Assembly (NCBI GenBank): GCA_963727805.1
Contig: CAVSHF010000003.1
Span: forward strand, 1,856,001-1,920,000
DNA from: an uncultured Nitrospiraceae bacterium
GTDB taxonomy: Bacteria; Nitrospirota; Thermodesulfovibrionia; Thermodesulfovibrionales; Dissulfurispiraceae
Direction of reading: 5' to 3'
Length of the DNA: 64,000 nucleotides
The translations under genes were made by a program, and so were the position numbers. The notes beneath the pieces are model-generated. The model was not told the DNA's origin. It saw only the letters and a list, made by a program, of their open reading frames with translations, and made no database searches. The stretch's first letter is position 1. Every line of letters begins with the position of its first letter. Of the stretch, positions 41,975-54,207 are shown one piece after another.

Positions 41975-42748
41975 CTATGGCTCCATTGTACCACAGGCGT
42001 TGAATCCGGCGACAACACTCTCGCACGCCCGGGCGCAAAGGCGCTTTCTCACTTCTGCCAAAGAGACCGCGTCGGATGATTCAAAAATAGGCGGGCTGAA
42101 GTACACAACCGCTTCGATCCTCCGGAAGCCGATAATTTTCCAAAAGTGAGGGGCCATTTTCATGCCCCCATGCCAGACCAACTCATCCTGCATTTCAGGC
42201 GCGTACCTGATGCTGACCGGCGCAACCGGAATGTTCCTGCCTGCAGGGACTTTAAAAAAGGTGCTTTTGAATGGCTTTATCGATCTGCCGTCTGAGGTCG
42301 TTCCTTCGGGAAAAATGATAACAGCGATGCCCGAGTCGATCTTCTGCTCTATCTCAAACATCGCATCAAGGGCAGCTCTCTTCGATTTTCTGTTGACAAA
42401 TACTGTCCCCCCAAGCGAGGCGAGCCATCCCACAAGGGGCCACCCTTTCACTTCATGATTTGACAAGAAAGCCGAAGGGCGGATGCTCCCCACCGCGAAA
42501 ACATCAAGATAGCTCATATGATTACAGACGGTAAAACCGCCGGTGCCCATTCCCGTGCCTCTTTTGACCACGTGGATGCCGAGGATTCGGCACATGGCCC
42601 GTGCCCATAACATCGTGGAGACGGCGTTGGCCCTTGTCCTCTCATGAACGCTTCCGGCAAACACAAGATTAACTCCCAGTCCCGCAAGAAGAAACACCAG
42701 GCTCGCCGGCATGAGGAGACAGATTCTGCATATTTTAAACAGCGTCAT
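41975..42748 (-). CDS. Lysophospholipid acyltransferase (PlsC family)
   Basis: NHMSYLD, FVNR, FPEGT. Confidence 0.9.
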   Translation of the reverse strand: MTLFKICRICLLMPASLVFLLAGLGVNLVFAGSVHERTRANAVSTMLWARAMCRILGIHVVKRGTGMGTGGFTVCNHMSYLDVFAVGSIRPSAFLSNHEVKGWPLVGWLASLGGTVFVNRKSKRAALDAMFEIEQKIDSGIAVIIFPEGTTSDGRSIKPFKSTFFKVPAGRNIPVAPVSIRYAPEMQDELVWHGGMKMAPHFWKIIGFRRIEAVVYFSPPIFESSDAVSLAEVRKRLCARACESVVAGFNACGTMEP

Positions 42749-42819
42749 AGGATTCTTAGTACCAGTATCAGGAATGGTGCAGTAGTTTGAGTCTTGATCA
42801 ACCTGAAACAGCAGGTCGG

Positions 42820-43227
42820 TTATGTCTTATAATGTATTGCATTTACGAGTAGGTATTTTATAAGCTTCTGGAGGCTGTATTTGGCAGAAGGATGCAAGTC
42901 GTCGAAATTCACTGCAATCTCGATTACATCCTGCTTCTCAATATCTTTGGGGACCTGGATCCTAACAATGCTCCCCTGCACTTCGAGAATATTATCCATG
43001 CCGCCCGCTTCGAGGTGTACAGCTACCTTCTCGGAAATACCGGGCAGGAGACTACTGCTCGCAAAATCTGCCAGCAAGCCCGACACGCTTAAATTGACCA
43101 GATTCCCCGTGGCCGTCTGCCCGCGAAAAGCGACTGAAATAGCGCCTTCCTTTATAAAACGCTTGTAGTGCCTTCCCTCCGACAGGACCTCAAGGGTCTT
43201 TATGTGGTTGTTGAATAATTCACCCAT
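42820..43227 (-). CDS. PilZ domain protein
   Basis: RHYKR (RxxxR) and NLSVSG. Confidence 0.8.
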   Translation of the reverse strand: MGELFNNHIKTLEVLSEGRHYKRFIKEGAISVAFRGQTATGNLVNLSVSGLLADFASSSLLPGISEKVAVHLEAGGMDNILEVQGSIVRIQVPKDIEKQDVIEIAVNFDDLHPSAKYSLQKLIKYLLVNAIHYKT

Positions 43228-43344
43228 GGCTTATCTTAGCTTCTATAAACAATTACTTCTTTAATATACCTCACCTTTTTCCCCATATGCAATTCAACAT
43301 GCCTCTCCTTGAAGCGAGGAAACCGAAACTGATAGCATACCTGC

Positions 43345-44454
43345 ATGCCGACGGTAATCGTAAAGCAGTCGTCGTATGATTACGGAGTGCTCAGGCCTCA
43401 TGTCTTTGAGATTCTTGACCGATATATCGGCTCATCCATCCATAAGAACAGCCTTGTCGTGATCAAACCAAACCTTCTGGCTCCGGCGCCTCCCGAAATG
43501 CCGGTGCTTACCCACCCACTCCTCGTGCGGGCAGTTGCGGAATATGTGATCGGGAAGGGAGCCAAGCCGCGGATCTCCGACAGCCATGCTATGGGCACTT
43601 TCAAAATGGTACTCCGAACCGGTGGCTTTCTGGACGCTCTCAATGGGCTCGATGTCGAGTTCGAAGAGTTTAAGAAATCAGTCTTCGTCGATGTTGGGAA
43701 ACCGTTCGGCAAGATAGAGATAGCCGAAGACGCCATCACCGCAGACGTGCTTATCAATCTTCCCAAGCTGAAGACCCATGCGCAGATGCTCCTCACCCTG
43801 GGAGTTAAAAACCTTTTCGGCTGCATCATCGGTCTCAGAAAGCCTGAATGGCATTTCAGGACCGGCGTAGATCGGGAGATGTTCGCGGGCCTGCTGGTAA
43901 AAATCCACACAGTCATCAATCCGTCTGTGACGCTTCTTGATGGCATACTCGCCATGGAAGGCCAAGGGCCCGGAAAGGGCGGCTTGCCGCGGCAACTTGG
44001 CGTTGTGATGGGGAGCGACAGTGCAATTGCGCTCGATATAACCGTCTGTCGAATGCTGGGAATAGCACCCGATAGCCTGTTTACCAATCGTGCCGCGCGC
44101 GAGATGGGCTTCGACGGTCCGATCGATATAGTGGGCGATCTGCCATCAATTAAGGATTTCAAATTCCCTTCCATCTCCCCCATCGTCTTTGGACCTCCAC
44201 AATTTCACGGATTCATGAGAAGACATCTCGTACAAAGACCCGCCGTCGACATGCACCTGTGCAAAGCATGCGGCGAATGCTGGCAATACTGCCCTGCAAA
44301 AGCGATCTCTCTCAAAAAAGAAGGACTTGCATTCGATTATGAGAAATGTATTCGCTGCTATTGCTGCATAGAGGTCTGTCCTCATGCAGCACTCAAGTCA
44401 AAAGAGACAGTAACGGGTAAAATCGCCAGAAAGTTTCTCAAACGGAAATCGTGA
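43345..44454 (+). CDS. DUF362 protein with C-terminal 2x[4Fe-4S] domain
   Basis: IKPNLL, THP, NLPKLKTH, GVKNLFG, MEGQGP, two CxxCxxCxxxCP motifs. Confidence 0.92.
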   Translation: MPTVIVKQSSYDYGVLRPHVFEILDRYIGSSIHKNSLVVIKPNLLAPAPPEMPVLTHPLLVRAVAEYVIGKGAKPRISDSHAMGTFKMVLRTGGFLDALNGLDVEFEEFKKSVFVDVGKPFGKIEIAEDAITADVLINLPKLKTHAQMLLTLGVKNLFGCIIGLRKPEWHFRTGVDREMFAGLLVKIHTVINPSVTLLDGILAMEGQGPGKGGLPRQLGVVMGSDSAIALDITVCRMLGIAPDSLFTNRAAREMGFDGPIDIVGDLPSIKDFKFPSISPIVFGPPQFHGFMRRHLVQRPAVDMHLCKACGECWQYCPAKAISLKKEGLAFDYEKCIRCYCCIEVCPHAALKSKETVTGKIARKFLKRKS

Positions 44455-44690
44455 TTTTTATTCCAGCAGCCTTTTATTCTCGACGCTTATTTTTAAAAAC
44501 TCTTGGAGATGCTCGATAATTACGACATATACCTATAAAAATGTTATCATGCTAAAGAACCGAGCATCTTAGAGAGAGGGGAGAAGTAGGCGCATTTCGA
44601 GAAATGATGATCCAAGCTCAGCGGAAGTCCTACCATGTTTGATACTAATAATAAGGATAATCGGAAACCATCTCAGATTAAAGGAACTCC

Positions 44691-45083
44691 ATGCGAAACG
44701 TATTGTTGGCATTAATAATCTTTTTTGGCATTGTCTCATGCAGCCATAACCTTCGCGGAGAGTTTGAACAAGATCTTGACAAATATAATACCCTGCTGCG
44801 CTGGAATGAACTTGAAACTGCAAGCCTGTTTGCAGCACGACCGCTGCAGGAGGAGTTCCTCGCGCGATCAAAAGCATCTAAAGTAAGGATTTTTGATTAT
44901 CGTATTGTTAACACCAAGTATGATGAGCAGAAGAGTAAGGCGAGCGTGGAAGTGCAGATTGATTACTATCTCCTGTCTACGAGCAGAGCAAAGACACTTC
45001 AGGATGTGGAGGAATGGGCTTATATAGAGGAAAAGGGAATCAAATCCTGGAGGCTGATGAGCCCGTTGCCGGCATTCAAATAA
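44691..45083 (+). CDS. Putative lipoprotein
   Basis: Lipobox IVSC; AAGGA RBS. Confidence 0.7.
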   Translation: MRNVLLALIIFFGIVSCSHNLRGEFEQDLDKYNTLLRWNELETASLFAARPLQEEFLARSKASKVRIFDYRIVNTKYDEQKSKASVEVQIDYYLLSTSRAKTLQDVEEWAYIEEKGIKSWRLMSPLPAFK

Positions 45084-45491
45084 ATTCTCATTTTTTACAA
45101 TCCTTCCTCACGTCCACCCGTAGAAATTTCTATCCCTGCACGCCATCAACATCCCCTCGACAATGTTGTAAAACGGCAGGCGGTTGCCACCTCTGTTTTT
45201 ATAGCCGAAGATTTATTACAACACACCCGCAGTGTGGAAAGCATGCGGATGGAGAATGATCCGACAGGCGCAAAGCTGCAATGATTGCTACGAGGGTAAA
45301 CGCTGTACATCTGAAACGTTTCGAAGCGTTTCTTCTCATTGTTTACCAAGAGTCATCGTTTTTTGATTTTTAGACAATGCGTTACCCCCTCCCTCCCTTT
45401 AATTCTGTTATTGCAATATATGAATATTCTTGATAAAATTATGGTAATATGATGTCTGAGCTAAGTTCAGTTCATCTGGAGGGGCGACGCC

Positions 45492-45716
45492 ATGACTATG
45501 CGAGTCGTATATAACGATAATACTCACGATATGATTTCTGCGTATACTCTTGATCCACTTATTGAGAGCAAAAAAATCAAAATGTTTTATCGTCCATCCG
45601 AAGATAGATGGATTACTGTTGGAGTAGATTCGGTAAGGAAGAATACTCAGGAATTAGGCCATTATGACGGCCATGAACGGCGATTGGCAAATTTAATAGC
45701 AGCGCAACTTGTTTGA
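45492..45716 (+). CDS. GSU3473-like small protein
   Basis: MRVVY..DMI..LD.LI..KI..FYR..WITVGVD..Y.G.ERR pattern; GGAGG RBS. Confidence 0.75.
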   Translation: MTMRVVYNDNTHDMISAYTLDPLIESKKIKMFYRPSEDRWITVGVDSVRKNTQELGHYDGHERRLANLIAAQLV

Positions 45717-45822
45717 GTCCCTTACTCGATAGGGGACTGTTAAAACAGACAGAAACTAGTCAAATATTCAGATTTATTGATATAATTAACATATAGACTT
45801 ATAAAGAGGAGGACATTATACC

Positions 45823-46092
45823 ATGTGTGCTTTCGAAAGTCATGTCAAGGATAAATCCCCCAATGAATCAAGAACTTTGCAGAGGCGGAAATGTGATTTA
45901 GCAACCGAATTAATGGTCCCCTGGGGAGACAGATGGAGTTGTAAAATAGTTGATATGAGTGAACGAGGGTTCGGTATTGTCACCAGTGTGAAGTTGAGGA
46001 AGGGCGATATGGTGAACATTGCAACTCCCGAGGCAAAAGCCAAAGTGGTTTGGATGGATAAGAACAGGGTAGGTCTCAGGGTCTGTAATTAG
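45823..46092 (+). CDS. PilZ domain protein
   Basis: RTLQR, DMSERG, KVVW..RVGL. Confidence 0.85.
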   Translation: MCAFESHVKDKSPNESRTLQRRKCDLATELMVPWGDRWSCKIVDMSERGFGIVTSVKLRKGDMVNIATPEAKAKVVWMDKNRVGLRVCN

Positions 46093-46114
46093 AAGTCATT
46101 GAGAGCTCTCTTCT

Positions 46115-46339
46115 CTATCGCTGCAGGCGTGGCTTCAGCCCGAGCTTATAGAGGACGTTCGCCATCAGGCAGAATCCGGTGGCACCGAAAATGATGAGAT
46201 TTATGCCGATGAGGACAGTGAAGATTAACCAATATGGACTATAGAGCCAAGCGAGCAAAGCGCTCGCAAGAGTAAATATTCCCGCAACGAGAAAAGCCGC
46301 GCGTTCAAGGTACCAGCTGTCGGTACTTGCAATATACAT
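46115..46339 (-). CDS. DUF2892 (YgaP-like TM) protein
   Basis: ER..FLVAG, two TM helices, TGFCLM. Confidence 0.85.
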   Translation of the reverse strand: MYIASTDSWYLERAAFLVAGIFTLASALLAWLYSPYWLIFTVLIGINLIIFGATGFCLMANVLYKLGLKPRLQR

Positions 46340-46371
46340 GGTAATGACCTCCCCTATTTTTCTTCCGTCGC

Positions 46372-49300
46372 TTATTCACCCTTTTTCATCGGGCGGGGAC
46401 GGTTCTTGTAAACTTCATAATAAAGTAATGGCACCGCTACAAGGGTAAGCACGGTCGCCGCAACCGCGCCGCACATCATAGCGATGGCCAGTCCCTGAAA
46501 AATCGGGTCAAAGAGCATGACAAAGGACCCGACCACGACTGCCGCTGCTGTCAGCATAATCGGCCTGAAGCGCACCGCGCCGGCACCGATAACAGCCTCC
46601 TTGAGATCCCCGCCTGCTCTCCATTCCATCTGGATAAAGTCGACAAGCAGGATCGAATTCCTGACGATGATACCCGACAGCGCGATAAATCCGATCATCG
46701 ATGTTGCAGTAAAGAAAGCGCCGAATATCCAGTGTCCCGGTAGGATTCCCACAAGCGTTAGCGGGATCGGGGCCATGATGATCAGCGGTACGACAAAACT
46801 CCTAAACCACGCAACGACAAGAATGTAGATTAGGACGAGCACGGCAGCAAAGGCGATGCCCAGATCCCGGAATACTTCATACGTGATGTGCCACTCACCG
46901 TCCCACTTCATCGAATATCTCTGTTCGAGCGGTGGCTGAATGGTAGAGTATTGTTTCAGCTCATACCCTTCAGTCAGATGCAGATTCCTGATCTTTTCCT
47001 TCATCTTGAGGATAACATAGACCGGACTCTCTTCTGCCCCTGCCACATCGCCGATCACATAGGTCACGCGCTTGAGGTTCTTGTGATAAATCGTCTTTTC
47101 CTGGATACTTTCTTTCATCGCCACAAGTTCGGAGAGAGAAACGAGAGAGCCGGAGGCAGACGGCACAGCGACTTCCTTCAGCGATGACAGGTCTGCGCGC
47201 TCTGCGATAGGCATGCGCATGAACAGTTCGACTGGCTCCTTGTCACGCTCGAAATGGACAGGACCGGCTACTATGCCGTTCAATGCAGTCTTCAGAGTCT
47301 GTGCGGCTGCCTCAGTGCTTACCCCATTGAGTGCCGCTTTGTCTCGATCGACGTCAAAGGTGATCTTTTTCTGGTCGGCTTCAACGTACCAGTCGACGTC
47401 CACCACACCGTCTGTGTTCTGGAAAATGTCCTTGACAGACTTTGCGATCTCGACCTGCCTTTTGGGATCAGGGCCATAGACCTCTGCAACCAGCGTATCG
47501 AGTACTGGCGGGCCCGGCGGGATCTCGGCGATCTTGATCCTTGCGCCGTACCGGTCACCGATTGTCTTGAGTCCAGGACGGATCCTCTTCGCAATATCGT
47601 GACTTTGCGCAGTCCGTTCGTCCTTGCCGACAAAATTCACTTGGATGTCCGCTACATTGCTGCCCGAGCGCAGGAAATAGTGGCGCACCAAACCGTTAAA
47701 ATTGTAAGGTGCTGCCGTGCCGATGTAAGACTGATAATCGGTCACTTCGGGGATTGTCTTAAGGTATTCACCCATCTCGCGAGCTAGAGCAGCCGTATGC
47801 TCGAGCGCCGCCCCCTCCGGCATATCGATGATAACCTGCAGTTCGCTCTTGTTGTCAAACGGCAGCATTTTGACCGTGACCATCTTCAGAGGCACGAGCA
47901 GTACTGCCAGACCAAGCAGGAGACCAACCAGCCAGAGGGCAACCATTCGTTTGTTACGCTTTTCAATCAGAGGTCGAAGTACCTTCCCGTAGAATGCATG
48001 GAGCTTTTGTCCCTCGTCTCCATTTCCTGTATGGCGAGTATTACGTAGCACCTTATAGCCAAGCCACGGGCTCACGATAAATGCGACAAGAAGTGAAAAG
48101 AGCATCGCGGCCGATGCGCCGACCGGAATTGGCCGCATATAAGGTCCCATGAGTCCGGATACAAAGGCCATAGGCAGGAGCGCGGCGATGACCGTAAAGG
48201 TGGCAAGGATCGTTGGGTTGCCGACTTCATCGACAGCACGCACGGCGGTCATGGTCGAAGCCCCGTGCATTTTAAAGTGGCGATGCATATTCTCAACAAC
48301 AACGATAGCATCATCGACCAAGATGCCTATTGAAAATATGAGTGCGAAGAGTGTGACCCTGTTAAGGGTATACCCGTACAGATAGGTGATGAGTAGCGTG
48401 AGGGCGAGCGTTACCGGGACTGCAACTGCCACGATGACTGATTCACGCCATCCGAGCGCCAGTGCGATAAGGATGACGACGGCAATGGTTGCAATCATCA
48501 TGTGCTCCAACAATTCGTCCGATTTTTCTTTTGCAGTATCGCCGTAGTTTCGCGTCACGGTAACCTGCACATCCGAAGGCAGGAGCGCCCCACGCAGGGC
48601 TTCTACCTTTTTCAAGGTCTCCTTGGCGACGATGCTGGCATTGGCACCTTTTTTCTTCGCGATAGTAATCGTAACGGCCTCGTGCTCGCCTGCGGCATCA
48701 GCAATCCCTTTTTTAGATGCCGACGGACCAAGTCCCATGAATACGTAATCAGCTGGTTCCTCAGGACCGTCGCTAATCCGCGCGACATCACGCAAATAGA
48801 CAGGCCTTCCGTTATATGCCGCCACAACGACGTTGCCGACCTCATCGGCATTTTTCAGAAATGAACCTGTTTCAACAAGCATTTCTTTATTGCCGCTCGG
48901 AAATGCGCCGGATGGTAGGATGAAATTCGCCTTTTGCAAACTTCCGATGATCTGTTGTGATGACATCTGATAAGCCTTAAGCCTTGACGGATCAATGCTG
49001 ATCAGCACTTGCCGATGCTGTCCGCCGATGAGATTAAACTCAGAAACATCCTGATCCTTCTTCAGCTCACTCGATAGTTCGGCGGCTATGCGACGGAGTT
49101 CGTATCCCGAATACCGGCCATCCTTGCTCCACAGAGTGAGCGTCAGGATTGAGACATCATCGATCGACTTCGGTTTGACGAGCGGCTGAGAAATGCCGGG
49201 AGGGATAATATCGTAATGCGACATAAGCTTGTTGTAGACCTTCACGATGCTTTCTTCCATGTTCTCCCCGACGTAGAACCGAACTATCGTGAGATTCGAG

Positions 49301-49578
49301 CCGGGTTTCGCGATGGAATAGACGTATTCGACCCCCTTGATCTCCCATAGAAGCTGCTCCATTGGGCGGGTAACACGCGCCTCAACTTCTTTAGATGTGG
49401 CGCCCGGATAGCTGATTAGCACATCAATCATCGGTACGACAATCTGCGGCTCCTCCTCACGGGGTGTGACGATTACCGCAAAAACACCGAGCAGAACCGA
49501 AGCAATCACCGCAAGCGGCGTCAGCTTTGAATTGATGAATGCTTGGGCTATTCTGCCCGAAATGCCGACTCCGGTCAT
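46372..49578 (-). CDS. RND efflux permease
   Basis: [39 protein letters not shown]; 1068 aa. Confidence 0.95.
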   Translation of the reverse strand: MTGVGISGRIAQAFINSKLTPLAVIASVLLGVFAVIVTPREEEPQIVVPMIDVLISYPGATSKEVEARVTRPMEQLLWEIKGVEYVYSIAKPGSNLTIVRFYVGENMEESIVKVYNKLMSHYDIIPPGISQPLVKPKSIDDVSILTLTLWSKDGRYSGYELRRIAAELSSELKKDQDVSEFNLIGGQHRQVLISIDPSRLKAYQMSSQQIIGSLQKANFILPSGAFPSGNKEMLVETGSFLKNADEVGNVVVAAYNGRPVYLRDVARISDGPEEPADYVFMGLGPSASKKGIADAAGEHEAVTITIAKKKGANASIVAKETLKKVEALRGALLPSDVQVTVTRNYGDTAKEKSDELLEHMMIATIAVVILIALALGWRESVIVAVAVPVTLALTLLITYLYGYTLNRVTLFALIFSIGILVDDAIVVVENMHRHFKMHGASTMTAVRAVDEVGNPTILATFTVIAALLPMAFVSGLMGPYMRPIPVGASAAMLFSLLVAFIVSPWLGYKVLRNTRHTGNGDEGQKLHAFYGKVLRPLIEKRNKRMVALWLVGLLLGLAVLLVPLKMVTVKMLPFDNKSELQVIIDMPEGAALEHTAALAREMGEYLKTIPEVTDYQSYIGTAAPYNFNGLVRHYFLRSGSNVADIQVNFVGKDERTAQSHDIAKRIRPGLKTIGDRYGARIKIAEIPPGPPVLDTLVAEVYGPDPKRQVEIAKSVKDIFQNTDGVVDVDWYVEADQKKITFDVDRDKAALNGVSTEAAAQTLKTALNGIVAGPVHFERDKEPVELFMRMPIAERADLSSLKEVAVPSASGSLVSLSELVAMKESIQEKTIYHKNLKRVTYVIGDVAGAEESPVYVILKMKEKIRNLHLTEGYELKQYSTIQPPLEQRYSMKWDGEWHITYEVFRDLGIAFAAVLVLIYILVVAWFRSFVVPLIIMAPIPLTLVGILPGHWIFGAFFTATSMIGFIALSGIIVRNSILLVDFIQMEWRAGGDLKEAVIGAGAVRFRPIMLTAAAVVVGSFVMLFDPIFQGLAIAMMCGAVAATVLTLVAVPLLYYEVYKNRPRPMKKGE

Positions 49579-49582
49579 AGTG

Positions 49583-50734
49583 TCATTTACCCTTATTCAA
49601 AATCGAGGTCTCGGCATTTGGTTCAGCAATAATGCCACCATCCACAGCCTTGTCCGTTCCAGCGATAATGGTTTTTTCTCCTGGGTTGAGTCCTGAGAGG
49701 ATTTCGATGTTACTGCCGAAGCGTTTGCCGAGACGCACGAGCCGATACGAGATGACCCCTTTCGGGTCAATAATGTAGACGCCAGTGAGCTGGCCCTTTT
49801 CAACAACAGCGGTGGCGGGGATAGTAAGAACGTCCCGCGACCCAGTCGGTATTCTTACTTTTGCATACAGGCCGGTCTTGAGCCCTGTGCTGCTTAATGC
49901 TATTTTTACAATGAAAGTCCTCGACATTGGATCGACCGAGGGTACGACCTCCGAAACTTTCCCATTAATCGTTTGATTCAGCGCATCAATAACCAGAACA
50001 ACAGGATTTCCTGTCTTAATACCTGCGGAAAGCTTTTCATCAACTGCGGCTTCGACGAGAAATGAGGACGTATCCTCGATAGTCAGAAGCTGCATGCCCG
50101 GCATTGCCATGCTTCCGACGTCGATCTTCTTCCCCGTAACAACCCCAGCAAAAGGCGCCCTGATATGCGAATAGCCCTGGAACGTCTGCGCTTCCTTAAG
50201 CAACGCTCTTGCCCGCTCATGTTCGCTCTCAGCAATCTTCTTCTGTGTCTCTACCTGATCGAATTCCTGTCGGGATAGCGCTTTTTCTTCATAAAGCTTT
50301 GCATACCGTGAAAAGGTCACCTCGGCCAATTGCTTCTGCTGATTAGCGGACTCGACAGCACTCCTAGCTGCGCTTATCTTCTGCACTAAGTCGCTATCAT
50401 CGATTGTCAGAAGGGCTTGCCCCTGGCCCACCCGCTGGCCCTCTTGCACAACCACGGAGGTGACACTCCCCATGATTTTGCTCGCAATAACACCAACGTT
50501 CTTCGCCTTGACCGTACCAAAGGTCTCATAATAATCATGGACCCTTGATAGTTGAAGTTCAGCAACAGTGACTCCAGAAACCGATACATGCTTCACCTCG
50601 GCGGTCCCGGGAGAGACCTTGTCGCGGCACCCGACGATGAGCAGTACAACTGCTATACATAACACAGTCGTTACAGTAAGTACACGTTTTTTTGTCCGTT
50701 GCTTTACTTTGTCTGCACACATAAAATTATTCAT
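49583..50734 (-). CDS. RND periplasmic adaptor (MFP)
   Basis: Lipobox IVGC, lipoyl-like halves ([16 protein letters not shown]), coiled coil. Confidence 0.92.
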   Translation of the reverse strand: MNNFMCADKVKQRTKKRVLTVTTVLCIAVVLLIVGCRDKVSPGTAEVKHVSVSGVTVAELQLSRVHDYYETFGTVKAKNVGVIASKIMGSVTSVVVQEGQRVGQGQALLTIDDSDLVQKISAARSAVESANQQKQLAEVTFSRYAKLYEEKALSRQEFDQVETQKKIAESEHERARALLKEAQTFQGYSHIRAPFAGVVTGKKIDVGSMAMPGMQLLTIEDTSSFLVEAAVDEKLSAGIKTGNPVVLVIDALNQTINGKVSEVVPSVDPMSRTFIVKIALSSTGLKTGLYAKVRIPTGSRDVLTIPATAVVEKGQLTGVYIIDPKGVISYRLVRLGKRFGSNIEILSGLNPGEKTIIAGTDKAVDGGIIAEPNAETSILNKGK

Positions 50735-50748
50735 TCCACCCCCGGCTT

Positions 50749-52131
50749 CTATCGTTCAATCGCGAAGTCCATGAGCAGTGATCCGCCCTGGAAACTTAAA
50801 TTGGCTCGCGCGAGCCTATGGTCGTTTGTGCGCGCGATATATGTCGCCCTCTGATGGTCAAGGTTCGTCTGGGCATCAAGAAGGTCGACCATCGGGGCGA
50901 GCGAATTCTGATACCTGAGTTCCACAAGCCGCTTTCCCTCTTCTGCGGTCTTGAGTGCTGAGGCAGCAAGTTCCTCGTTCTTGCGTGCTTCATCCGCATT
51001 GAGAGATGCTTCGTAAACCCTAAATGAAACTTCATTTTTCAGGGATACCAGATGCTCTTCCGATTCCGAAACCTTGAATTTGGCTTTTGCACGTTCATGT
51101 TCGCGCCTGAACCCGTCAAAGAGCTCCCAACGGAGAAAGGCCTGCACGGTCCAGCTTTCTCCTTCTGTGCCGAAAGGCTGTCGGTGATCATTAAGCTGAT
51201 ATGAGCCGCCCACTCCTATCGTCGGTAGATACCCTGCTTCAGCAAATCTGACACTCTCACGCGCGTTCTCCAGATAACGTTCCATGGCCCTCACATCACC
51301 CCGCACCGACGAATTTTGCACATAGAAATCGAGATCTCTCTGTTGAATCTCAAGCAGTTCATCGGAAACATCCACTGACTCTGACAAGCCGAGGAGAAGA
51401 CCGAGAGACCTCTTTGCAACGCTGAGATTAGTCTGTGTACTAATGAGCCCCTGGTTTGCCTCAGCCAATGCTGTTGATGCCCTTAACACGTCTGAGTAAA
51501 GTCCGAGCCCCGCGTCATAGCGCAGTTGAGCAATTCGACGATGTTCCTCTGCGTCTTTTACTCCCTGGATTGCAACCTGAACATACTGCCGCGCCGTTTG
51601 TACGGACAAGAAAGATTTTATAACCTGAAAGGCGATCTCCTGCTTTTTTCGCGTTAGCTCCTCTCCCATGGCATCTCGCTTGATATTAGCCATGTCGAGA
51701 CCAAGCATTGCTTTGCTTGAAAAGATGATCTGTTCGAGACCAAAAGATGACTGAAAGTCATTTAGGGGATGGGGTTTATTTAAAGCATCTATAGCAAAGT
51801 CCTGCTGAGAAAAGCGCTGTTGGTTGAGCTTAGCGGAAAACACCGCAGTCGGATTGTTCGTCCGCATGGAACGCTCTTCAAAAAAGAGGTGAGGGAACAA
51901 AGCGCTGCGAGCTATGCCGACATCCGCACCTTCTGCTCCGAGTGCATAGCCGAAAGCCTTCAGTTCGTGATTATCACTGAGCGCAATCACAACAGCTTCC
52001 TTGATAGATAGTGTCCGCTCACTACCGAAGACGCTCGTTCCCGCAAGAAGGACGAGCAGGGACGACAGAGCGACAATCCTGGTGTATCCATGCGCCTTCC
52101 GGATAAGATGCCGATTGTAAAAAGTGCTCAT
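50749..52131 (-). CDS. TolC-family outer membrane protein
   Basis: OEP repeats (ALFPHL, YLPTI, WELFDG, DLLDAQ). Confidence 0.92.
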   Translation of the reverse strand: MSTFYNRHLIRKAHGYTRIVALSSLLVLLAGTSVFGSERTLSIKEAVVIALSDNHELKAFGYALGAEGADVGIARSALFPHLFFEERSMRTNNPTAVFSAKLNQQRFSQQDFAIDALNKPHPLNDFQSSFGLEQIIFSSKAMLGLDMANIKRDAMGEELTRKKQEIAFQVIKSFLSVQTARQYVQVAIQGVKDAEEHRRIAQLRYDAGLGLYSDVLRASTALAEANQGLISTQTNLSVAKRSLGLLLGLSESVDVSDELLEIQQRDLDFYVQNSSVRGDVRAMERYLENARESVRFAEAGYLPTIGVGGSYQLNDHRQPFGTEGESWTVQAFLRWELFDGFRREHERAKAKFKVSESEEHLVSLKNEVSFRVYEASLNADEARKNEELAASALKTAEEGKRLVELRYQNSLAPMVDLLDAQTNLDHQRATYIARTNDHRLARANLSFQGGSLLMDFAIER

Positions 52132-52538
52132 GATGCAAGCCTTGATTTACTTCTTTGTCTCTTTTGCATATAGGCAAGATATGTTTCCATCCCGCATTTC
52201 CCTGTCTTTTTCTGAAATTCCCGGCACTCCCCGAGCGACTTAACATCGTCGGCTAGAATAAGGTTACCTTTGAGAACATCGACGACTACGCCAAGAAGGA
52301 GACGCTGCATTTTACGGGGCTTCTTTTTGATAGTATAAAAGATCATTTTCCCATCGCGTCGGCCATCAAGAAACCCTCCCTTATGAAGCAGTGAAAGGTT
52401 ATGCGAGACAAGCGGCTGCGACATCCCAAGCACCCCCATTATCTGGCAAACACAAAGTTCTCGCCCCGTAAGAAGCATGAGTATCCTCAATCGCGACCGG
52501 TCTGAAAGCAGTTTCATAGATTCCACGATATCAAACAT
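52128..52538 (-). CDS. ArsR/SmtB family repressor
   Basis: LSDRSRLRIL, ELCVCQI, SQPLVSHNL, RRDGKMIFY; start uncertain. Confidence 0.9.
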   Translation of the reverse strand: MFDIVESMKLLSDRSRLRILMLLTGRELCVCQIMGVLGMSQPLVSHNLSLLHKGGFLDGRRDGKMIFYTIKKKPRKMQRLLLGVVVDVLKGNLILADDVKSLGECREFQKKTGKCGMETYLAYMQKRQRSKSRLAS

Positions 52539-52630
52539 AAATATATTTATATTCATTTATATATAAAATGTCAAGAGATGGAAGAATAGAAGCTGCTCAT
52601 CGACAATGGCAAGGGGAGATGAACGACCGG

Positions 52631-53659
52631 CTACGGACGAAACTTCTGCTCAGCGGTCTTCTGTTTATACATCTGCATATCCGCTTCTTTGAGCATCTGA
52701 TCAACGGACCAGGTTTTGACATAACTGCACACGACCGCTCCCGTACTGATCGTCAGGAGACAGGGTCGCTTCTCCTTCCGGTTGAATTTCGCTATATTAT
52801 CATGGAGCCTTTTCATACACATATCTTTTGTACCATCTTGGAACTCAGTAATAAGAACGGCAAATTCATCTCCGCCGATGCGGGCGATAATATCGGATTC
52901 GCGGAATGTCTTCTTCAGAAGCTTCGCAAGGTCCTTTAGTGCAATATCGCCCTGAGCATGCCCATAGGTATCATTAACCCGCTTGAGTTCATTCATGTCA
53001 GCAAATATTAGCAGCACATCCTTTTTCATTCGCCTGGCGAACTTGATCGGCTGTTTAGCAAGCGTCAGGAAGCCCCGGCGATTATACAGCCCAGTCAGAT
53101 CATCCGACAATGAAAGAGCATACAGCGCGGATTCCATGTCCTTCAGTGAAGTAATGTTCTTCGAAACTACAGTCACTGCCTTGATGTTGCCCTTCAGATC
53201 TACAACAGGACTCATTGTCCACAGGAAATAGCCGCCATCACGATTGCTTCTGTGCTCGTACTGGGCGGAGCCTCCAGTTTTGATTACCTTGTCGACATAA
53301 CCGACAAATTCTGATGTTTCTTCGGGCGTGTGGAAATCGCTATAGGCCTTTCCCAAAACTTCATCCCGCGCAAGCCCTAGCCGGGACATATGCTTCTTGT
53401 TCATGAAGAGATACCGGCTTTTCTTGTCGACAAGATAGATGGAATCGTCGGTCGATTCGACCAGGGCTCGATACTTCTCTTCGCTTTCACGCAGTTCTTC
53501 CTCGATCCGCTTCCTGTCTGCAATCTCCTTTTCGAAATCCTTGATAAGCTTACGAATCCTGCTTGAATCTGGGACGGTAATGCGCAGTGCATCAAGTTCC
53601 CTGCGAAGTTCTGACAACTCCACAAGAAGCAGTTCCCTCGTCTTTTTATTGTCTTCCAT
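52631..53659 (-). CDS. PAS-GGDEF diguanylate cyclase
   Basis: Coiled coil, PAS, DDLTGLYNRR, RESD, RIGGDEF. Confidence 0.93.
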   Translation of the reverse strand: MEDNKKTRELLLVELSELRRELDALRITVPDSSRIRKLIKDFEKEIADRKRIEEELRESEEKYRALVESTDDSIYLVDKKSRYLFMNKKHMSRLGLARDEVLGKAYSDFHTPEETSEFVGYVDKVIKTGGSAQYEHRSNRDGGYFLWTMSPVVDLKGNIKAVTVVSKNITSLKDMESALYALSLSDDLTGLYNRRGFLTLAKQPIKFARRMKKDVLLIFADMNELKRVNDTYGHAQGDIALKDLAKLLKKTFRESDIIARIGGDEFAVLITEFQDGTKDMCMKRLHDNIAKFNRKEKRPCLLTISTGAVVCSYVKTWSVDQMLKEADMQMYKQKTAEQKFRP

Positions 53660-53760
53660 CTCGGATTCCCGAACCTGGGTGCTCTCCGTATATTATCACA
53701 ATTACAACCAAAAACGGCTCGGGACAGACGTGGATGAAAAAAGGGGGGAGGTAAAGTAAA

Positions 53761-53792
53761 AAGGAGAAGAAGCGTGCTGCTCCTTCTCCTTC
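53761..53792 (-). terminator. Terminator after glnK
   Basis: AAGGAGAAG..CTTCTCCTT inverted repeat with a T-tract on the minus strand. Confidence 0.7.
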
Positions 53793-53795
53793 TTG

Positions 53796-54191
<396 letters not shown>

Positions 54192-54207
54192 CTATAATTA
54201 AACGCGC

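Noticed and set aside
45220..45310. c-di-GMP-I riboswitch suggested by GGCGCAAAGC and a GAAA-containing hairpin
   Set aside because: The GGCAAA-stem-GAAA element does not directly precede the motif, so the architecture does not fit.
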